Part shown: positions 56,476 to 64,000 of the stretch, one piece after another
Numbering within the stretch: position 1 is the first letter of the stretch
Layout of the letters: each line of letters begins with the position of its first letter
From: an uncultured Gemmatimonadaceae bacterium
GTDB taxonomy: Bacteria; Gemmatimonadota; Gemmatimonadetes; Gemmatimonadales; Gemmatimonadaceae
Reading direction: 5' to 3'
Assembly: GCA_963751275.1 (NCBI GenBank)
Contig: CAVVTZ010000011.1
Span: 192,001-256,000 of the forward strand
Length of the DNA stretch: 64,000 nucleotides
Position numbers and translations under genes: made by a program
The notes under the pieces: generated by a model
What the model was told of the DNA's origin: nothing
The model's database searches: none
What the model saw: the letters and a program-made list of their open reading frames with translations, nothing else

Positions 56476-57846
56476 ATGTCCCTCGATCCCGGCATCTTCC
56501 GCCAGTACGACATTCGCGGTGTCGTCGGCACGGAGCTGACCGTCCCGACGGCGGCCGCGGTCGGCCGCGCATTCGCGGAGTTGCTGCGCGCGCGCGGCGT
56601 CCGCGGCGCGATCGCGGTGGGCCGCGACAACCGGCCGAGCGGCGCGGCGCTGCACGTCGCGCTCGTCGAGGGGATCCTGGCCAACGGCACGGACGTCGTG
56701 GACATCGGGATCGTCCCGACGCCCATGCTCTACTGGGCGCTGCACAAATTGCCGGTCGCGGCCGGCATCCAGATCACCGGCTCGCACAACCCGCCGGAGT
56801 ACAACGGCTTCAAGCTCTGCGTGGGACACGATTCGCTCTATGGCGAGGGGATCCAGGAGCTGTACCGCCGCGCGCTCGCACCGCAGCCGTCCGCGGCACC
56901 GCGGGGCACGCTCTCGCGGGAGACGATCCTGGATCGCTACGTGGCCGACCTGCTGGAGCGCACCGGACCGCTCGCGCGCCGCTTGAAGGTGGTGGTGGAT
57001 TGTGGCAACGGGGCCGGCGCGATCGCGGCGCCCGCGCTCTTCGGCGGGCTCGGCGTCGACTGGACGTGTCTCTTCTGCGAGAGCGACGGCACGTTCCCGA
57101 ACCATCATCCGGATCCGACCGTCGTCGAGAACCTCCAGGATCTGATCCGCGCCGTGCGCGCCGAGCGCGCCGACATCGGGATCGCCTTCGACGGCGATGC
57201 CGATCGCATCGGCATCGTGGATGAGGAAGGCCGGATCATCTGGGGCGATCATCTGCTCATCCTCTACGCGCGCGACGTGCTCGCGCGCACGGGGGCGGGG
57301 CAGCCGATCATCTTCGACGTGAAGTGCTCCCAGGCGCTGCCCGAGGAGATCGAGCGGGCCGGCGGCAAGCCCGTGATGTGGAAGACGGGCCACTCGCTGA
57401 TCAAGGAGAAGATGAAGGCCACCGGCGCGCCCCTCGCCGGAGAGATGTCGGGGCACATGTTCTTCCGCGAAGGATTCTACGGCCACGACGACGCGCTCTA
57501 CGGCGCCGCGCGCATCCTGCGGATCGTCGCGGCGAGCGGCCGCAACGTGAGCGAACTCCTCGCCGGCGTGCCGACGTTCGTCTCCACGCCGGAACTCCGC
57601 GTGGACTGCGCCGACGACATCAAGTTCGGGATCGTCGACGAGGCGGTCGCACATTTCCGGAAGACGCACGAGGTGATCGGCGTCGATGGCGCGCGCGTGC
57701 TCTTCGGCGAAGGGTGGGGGCTCATTCGCGCGTCGAACACGCAGCCCATTCTCGTCCTGCGATTCGAGGCGCGGACCGAGCAGCATCTCGCCGCGATCCG
57801 CGGCGAGATGGAAGGCTGGCTGCGCTCGCGCGGCGTCGCGGTCTGA
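56476..57846 (+). CDS. Phosphomannomutase/phosphoglucomutase (AlgC-like)
   Basis: FRQYDIRG, TGSHNP, DGDADR, GEMSGH, RASNT. Confidence 0.95.
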   Translation: MSLDPGIFRQYDIRGVVGTELTVPTAAAVGRAFAELLRARGVRGAIAVGRDNRPSGAALHVALVEGILANGTDVVDIGIVPTPMLYWALHKLPVAAGIQITGSHNPPEYNGFKLCVGHDSLYGEGIQELYRRALAPQPSAAPRGTLSRETILDRYVADLLERTGPLARRLKVVVDCGNGAGAIAAPALFGGLGVDWTCLFCESDGTFPNHHPDPTVVENLQDLIRAVRAERADIGIAFDGDADRIGIVDEEGRIIWGDHLLILYARDVLARTGAGQPIIFDVKCSQALPEEIERAGGKPVMWKTGHSLIKEKMKATGAPLAGEMSGHMFFREGFYGHDDALYGAARILRIVAASGRNVSELLAGVPTFVSTPELRVDCADDIKFGIVDEAVAHFRKTHEVIGVDGARVLFGEGWGLIRASNTQPILVLRFEARTEQHLAAIRGEMEGWLRSRGVAV

Positions 57847-57852
57847 GGCGCG

Positions 57853-60312
57853 ATGCGCGGCCGCTGGACGCTCGCGCTCATCCTCGCGGCCGGCGCGCTG
57901 CTCATCGGCCGCGCCATCGCCTCGAGCTACGCCGACGCGCTCTGGTACGCATCGCTCGGCGCCGGGGCGCTCTGGCGTGAGCGGGCCTGGCTGACCCTGC
58001 TCGCGCGCGGCGGCTCGGGCATCGCCGCGGGGTTCTTCGTCTTCCTCAATCTGTACGCCGTGCGTCAGAGCGTGATCAAGCTGGTGCTGCCGCGTCGCGT
58101 CGCGAATCTCGAGATCGGCGAAGAAGTGCCCGGCCGCACGCTCGTGCTCGTGGCGGCGCTGATCGCCGTCGTGTTCGGGTGGATCCTGGCGCTCCCCGCC
58201 GACTCGTGGCGCCAGCTCGCTCTCTTCCAGCACGGGATCCCGTTCGGCGAAGCGGACCCGTACCTCGAGAACGACCTCGGATTCTACGTCTACCGGCTGC
58301 CCTTCGAGACGTCGCTGTACCTCCTGGCGATGCTCACGGTGCTGCTCACGGTGGCCCTGGTCGCTTTCCTGTACGCGCTCACGCCGGGCATGCGCTGGGA
58401 GGCCGGCCGGCTGCGGCTCTCGCAGTACGCACGCCGCCATCTGCTCGTGCTCGGCGCCGTGCTCCTCGTGATCCTCGCGTGGAGCTACCGGCTGGACGAG
58501 TTCCGGACGATGTTCGACGGCAACGGTGTGGGCGGCGCGTTCTCCTACGTGGACCACAAGGCGATGATCCCCGCGGCGGGCGTGCTGTCGCTCATCGCGC
58601 TCGGCGCCGCCTTCCTGCTGCTGGTCTTCGGCTGGATGGGGCAGGCCCGGTTCGCGGCCGGCGCACTCGTGGTGCTGATGCTGCTCGGCGTGAGCATTCG
58701 CTCGCTGGCGCCGATCATCGTCGAGCGCTCCGCGGTGATCGCCGACGCCGCGGTGCGCGACCAGCCGTATCTACGCGAGCGCGCCGAATACTCGCGGCGC
58801 GCCTTCGCCGTGGACCGGGTGCGCGCCGCCGATGCGGCGCTGCGATTCGGATCGATGCGCGCGGCGGCGGCCTCGGTCTCGGCGTGGGACCCGTCCGTGC
58901 TCGTGCATGCGGCGTCGCGCCGGAGCCATGGCGACGTGACGGCGGTGGGCTGGGCGGCTTCGCGCGGCGCGCTGGTAGCGGTGATCCCGGTGCGTTCGCC
59001 GGCCGCCGCGCGCGACAGTGTGCCGCCGGCGTGGACGCTGGACCGATATCTCGCGTCGTTCGCCGACGCCGGCGGCGACGCGATCGCCGCGCCCGACAGT
59101 GGCGCCGGTGACGCGGCGCAGTCCACCCTGCTGGTGTACGAAGGTGCGCCCGACGACCTGCTCGTGCTGGCCGACACCTTCGATGTCATCCCGGCGCCCG
59201 CGCTCACCACCACCGCGGCGCGTCTCGCGTTCGCCTGGAGCCGGCAGCGTCTCGGACTCATCGACGCCGAGCTCCCGGGACCGCGCCCGCAGGCGATCGT
59301 GCTCCGTGATCTGCGGCAGCGGGTGGATGCCCTTGCGCCGTTCTTCGCGCAGGCGACCGCGTCGGTGCCGGTGGTCGTCTCGGACTCGGTGTATTGGGTG
59401 CTCGACCTGTACTCCACGAGCGAGACCTATCCGCTGAGCCGGCGCGATTCCCTGGGCGACGGCGAGTTCAGCTTCATCCACCACGCGGCGACGGCGATCG
59501 TCAATGCGCACACGGGCCGCGTCGTGCTCCTGGCCGACGCCGTGCTCGATCCGATCGCGAAGAGCTGGGTGACGATGTTCCCCTCGATCTTCACCGACCG
59601 CACGAGTCTTCCGGCGGCGATCGTCGCGGCGCTCCCGCCGCACGCCGATGGAGCGCGCGTCCAGGCGCGAATGCTCGCGCGCTACGGACGGCGCGGCGAG
59701 ACGCCGCCCGGCGGAGAATTGCCTCCCGCGCTGCCCGATTCGGTGCCCGCCGCACATCGCGACGGACCGTACCTGCTGCCGCAGGGACTGACGATGGCGT
59801 GGTCCGCGCCAGTGCTCGATGCCAATGAGCACGTGTCGGGGATCGTCGTCGCGACTGGCGGTGAAGAGCGCGCCACCTACTGGCTGCCCCTCGCCGCGCC
59901 GGGCGCCCGGTGGTCCACCGTGACGGGGCAACTCAAGAGCGCGCTCGACAGCGCGCTCACGCCGGTGGCCGGGATGCGCGTCACCCGCGGTGCCGTGCGC
60001 GCCGTTCCCCTGGGCGCGGGCATCCTCTTCGAACAATCGGCGTTCGGATGGCGCGCCGAGGCGGCGCCCACGCTCCTGCGCGCAGCGCTCACGGACGGCA
60101 CTGCCGCAGTGTCGGGGCGCAGCGTCAGCCTGGCACTCGGTGCGCCACCCGTGGCGACCGACAGCGTGCCTGCCACGCCCGCCGCCTTCCGCGCGCGCGT
60201 GACCGCGCTCTACCGCGAGATGAGCGCAGCGTTGCGGCGCGGCGACTGGCCGGCCTTCGGGCGCGCCTACGAGTCGCTCGGCGCAGTGCTGGGACGCCCG
60301 CCGCAGCCTTGA
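57853..60312 (+). CDS. UPF0182 family membrane protein (divergent)
   Basis: DALWY, FGEADP..DLGFYVYRLP, LAPF, YWVLDLYSTSETYP, VNAHTG, GDWPAFG. Confidence 0.85.
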   Translation: MRGRWTLALILAAGALLIGRAIASSYADALWYASLGAGALWRERAWLTLLARGGSGIAAGFFVFLNLYAVRQSVIKLVLPRRVANLEIGEEVPGRTLVLVAALIAVVFGWILALPADSWRQLALFQHGIPFGEADPYLENDLGFYVYRLPFETSLYLLAMLTVLLTVALVAFLYALTPGMRWEAGRLRLSQYARRHLLVLGAVLLVILAWSYRLDEFRTMFDGNGVGGAFSYVDHKAMIPAAGVLSLIALGAAFLLLVFGWMGQARFAAGALVVLMLLGVSIRSLAPIIVERSAVIADAAVRDQPYLRERAEYSRRAFAVDRVRAADAALRFGSMRAAAASVSAWDPSVLVHAASRRSHGDVTAVGWAASRGALVAVIPVRSPAAARDSVPPAWTLDRYLASFADAGGDAIAAPDSGAGDAAQSTLLVYEGAPDDLLVLADTFDVIPAPALTTTAARLAFAWSRQRLGLIDAELPGPRPQAIVLRDLRQRVDALAPFFAQATASVPVVVSDSVYWVLDLYSTSETYPLSRRDSLGDGEFSFIHHAATAIVNAHTGRVVLLADAVLDPIAKSWVTMFPSIFTDRTSLPAAIVAALPPHADGARVQARMLARYGRRGETPPGGELPPALPDSVPAAHRDGPYLLPQGLTMAWSAPVLDANEHVSGIVVATGGEERATYWLPLAAPGARWSTVTGQLKSALDSALTPVAGMRVTRGAVRAVPLGAGILFEQSAFGWRAEAAPTLLRAALTDGTAAVSGRSVSLALGAPPVATDSVPATPAAFRARVTALYREMSAALRRGDWPAFGRAYESLGAVLGRPPQP

Positions 60313-60337
60313 ATCACCAGTTCGCGCCCGATAGCTT
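60309..60337 (+). promoter_or_regulatory. Putative carbamate kinase promoter
   Basis: TTGAAT-17 bp-TAGCTT; the -35 overlaps the upstream TGA. Confidence 0.5.
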
Positions 60338-60346
60338 GCGCGCTCG

Positions 60347-61329
60347 ATGTCCACGCCGCGAAAGACCCCTGTGAGAACGAAGGCATTGCCGGGCACGGCG
60401 GTCATCGCGCTCGGCGGGAACGCCCTCTCCCCCGCGGGCGAGCGCTCGACGATCGCGGACCAGTTCAAGCACACGCGCGCGAGCCTCGGGCCGGTGGTCG
60501 ACCTCGCGCTCGACGGCTGGAAGCTCTGCGTCGTGCACGGCAACGGTCCGCAGGTGGGCGATGAGCTCGTGCGCAACGAAATGGCGCGCTCCGAGGTCGC
60601 TCCGCTCCCGCTGGGCGTGCTCGTGGCGGCGACGGCCGGCTGGATCGGCTACATGGTGCAGCAGTCGCTCGAGAACGCGCTCGCGCGCGCCGGCAGCGAC
60701 CGCCATGTCGCCACCGTGGTCACGCAGGTCGAGGTGGCGCAGCACGACGCGGCGTTGAGGGAGCCCAGCAAGTTCATCGGCCACGAGATGTCGGCACAGC
60801 GCGCGAAGGTGCTGATCGCGAACGGCGTGGCGGTGAAGAAGGATGCGCGCGGCCGCTGGCGGCGGGTGGTGGGCAGTCCGCGGCCGCTCGCGGTGCACGA
60901 GATCGCCGTGATCGACACGCTCGTGCGGGCGGGCACGATCGTCATCGCGTGCGGCGGCGGCGGCGCGCCCGTGTACCGCAATGCCGCGCTCGGGCTCGAA
61001 GGGGTGGATGCGGTGGTGGACAAGGATCTCGCGGCGGCGGTGCTGGCGAGGGACCTGGGCGCCACGCTGCTGCTGATCCTCACCGACGTGGACGCCGTGT
61101 ACGCGGAGTACGGGACGCCGCAGCAGCGGGCGCTGCGCTCGCTGCCGGTGGCGGAGGCGGAGGCGCTCGACCGCGCCGGCGCCTTCGGGGAGGGGAGCAT
61201 GGCGCCGAAGGTGCGCGCCGCGGTCGATTTTGTGCGCCGCACCGGCGGCCGCGCTATCATTACCGAGTTACGCCGCGGGCGCGAGGCCGTGCGCGGCAAT
61301 GCCGGAACGACGATCACGATGGAGCGGGC

Positions 61330-61333
<4 letters not shown>
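60347..61333 (+). CDS. arcC: Carbamate kinase
   Basis: ALGGNA, HGNGPQVG, PSKFIG, RRVV.SP, AVVDKD, GSMAPK. Confidence 0.93.
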
Positions 61334-62471
<1,138 letters not shown>

Positions 62472-62475
<4 letters not shown>

Positions 62476-63347
62476 GCATCTTCGTCGACAAGAACACCAA
62501 GCTCCTGGTGCAGGGGATCACGGGCCGCGATGGCTCGTTCCACACCAAGCAGATGATGGAGTACGGCACGAACGTCGTGGGCGGTATCACGCCGGGGAAG
62601 GGCGGCCAGAAATTCGAAGGCACCGTGCCGATCTTCGACACCGTCGCCGAGGCCGTGAAGGCCACGGGCGCGAACACGACGGTGATCTACGTGCCGCCGC
62701 CATTCGCCGCCGACGCGATGATGGAAGCGGCCGCCGCGGGGATCGCGCTCATCGTCTGCATCACGGAAGGCGTGCCGGTGCTCGACATGACGCGCGTGTA
62801 CCCGTACGTGAAGGAGAAGGGCGCGCGCCTCATCGGCCCGAACTGCCCGGGGCTCATCACGCCGGGCCAGAGCAAGGTGGGCATCATCCCGGGCCGGATC
62901 TGCACGCCGGGTCCCGTGGGCGTCGTGAGCCGGTCGGGGACGCTCACGTACGAGATCGTCTATCAGCTCACGCGCGCCGGCATCGGCCAGACCACCTGCG
63001 TCGGCATCGGCGGCGACCCGATCAACGGCACGAATTTCATCGACTGTCTCGCGGCGTACGAGAAGGATCCGGCCACGAAAGCCGTCGCGATGATGGGCGA
63101 GATCGGCGGCACGGACGAGCAGGAGGCGGCGCGCTTCGTGAAGGAGCACATGACGAAGCCCGTCGTCGGATTCATTGCGGGACAGACGGCGCCCCCCGGC
63201 CGCCGCATGGGCCATGCGGGGGCGATCATCTCCGGCTCGGCGGGCACCGCCGCGGAGAAGATCGACGCGTTCAAGGCGGCGGGTATGGGCGTCGCGCAGC
63301 GCCCGATGGATTTCGTGCCTTTGATTCGCGAGCGGTTGCCGCGATAG
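62472..63347 (+). CDS. sucD: Succinyl-CoA synthetase alpha subunit
   Basis: [27 protein letters not shown]. Confidence 0.97.
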
Positions 63348-63385
63348 CGGCCTCCGTTCGCACCTAACTCCCAACGACCAACGAC

Positions 63386-63814
63386 ATGGCCGGCAATCGC
63401 ACCCTCACGATCATCAAACCCGACGCCGTCGCGACGCGTAAGGCGGGGAAGATCCTCGCCCACCTCGAAGCGCAGGGCTTCCGCGTGCTCGCTTCGCGCG
63501 TGATGCACCTCACCCAGGCGCAGGCCGGGGAATTCTACGCCGTGCACCGCGAGCGCCCCTTCTTCGCGTCGCTCACGACGTTCATGACCTCCGGCCCCTG
63601 CATGCCGATGATCCTCGAGAAGGCGGACGCGGTGGCGGCGCTGCGCACCGCGATCGGTGCGACCGATCCGGCGCAGGCGGACGCGGGCACCGTGCGCAAG
63701 CTCTTTGCCGAATCGAAGGAGCGGAACGCGATCCACGCATCCGATTCCGATGAGAACGCCGAGCGCGAAGCGCGATTCTTCTTCGCCGAATCGGACGTCC
63801 TCGCGGCGCGCTGA
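63386..63814 (+). CDS. ndk: Nucleoside diphosphate kinase
   Basis: [24 protein letters not shown]. Confidence 0.97.
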   Translation: MAGNRTLTIIKPDAVATRKAGKILAHLEAQGFRVLASRVMHLTQAQAGEFYAVHRERPFFASLTTFMTSGPCMPMILEKADAVAALRTAIGATDPAQADAGTVRKLFAESKERNAIHASDSDENAEREARFFFAESDVLAAR

Positions 63815-63832
63815 CCCGCTTGCGGGCCACAG

Positions 63833-63943
63833 CAACAACTGCTTTGACAGGATGAACATGATGGACATGATGGTGACCACACCAGGTCGCACCTCGCCGT
63901 TGACATCATGTCCATCATGTTCATCCTGTCAAAGCAGTTGTTG
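63833..63943. repeat. Hairpin family C, copy 4
   Basis: Perfect 40-bp inverted repeat CAACAACTGCTTTGACAGGATGAACATGATGGACATGATG (63833-63872 / 63904-63943). Confidence 0.96.
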
Positions 63944-64000
63944 TGGTGGTCGTTGATTGCGATCGTCGCGATACAAGGGACAGCGACCGGCAATCATGAG

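Overview
High-GC (about 70% by eye) bacterial chromosomal window, most likely Gemmatimonadota. That taxonomy is inferred from the kinase-PD40 propeller protein, the carboxypeptidase-regulatory-domain protein and the gene order; it is not proven. Bases 0.5-10.1 kb (minus strand) hold a TetR-regulated CoA-dependent aromatic/acyl catabolic cluster with a short BoxB-like diiron epoxidase and a single-domain BoxC-like crotonase, but no BoxA reductase or CoA ligase in the window. Next come an ECF sigma/anti-sigma/Spy-like triad, a repeat-bracketed secreted-protein gene, tRNA-Leu(CAA) and a Ser/Thr kinase. The rest is mostly housekeeping: pepA, yicC-gmk-rpoZ-coaBC-udg-dnaB-radA-ispD-tsaC-ywlE-aroE-comF, gap-pgk-tpiA-secG-carA-hup, moaDEA, mdh-sdhCAB, dcd, nuoA-N, PMM/PGM, UPF0182, carbamate kinase, sucCD, ndk. 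Many genes, including essential ones, carry clustered single-base indels that look like long-read assembly errors. The most unusual signal is non-coding. At least four families of long imperfect palindromes with internally periodic arms sit just after stop codons, and they often bracket single genes or small clusters. One pair shows compensatory covariation, and one copy is circularly permuted like a junction. No integrase, transposase or CRISPR array is visible.
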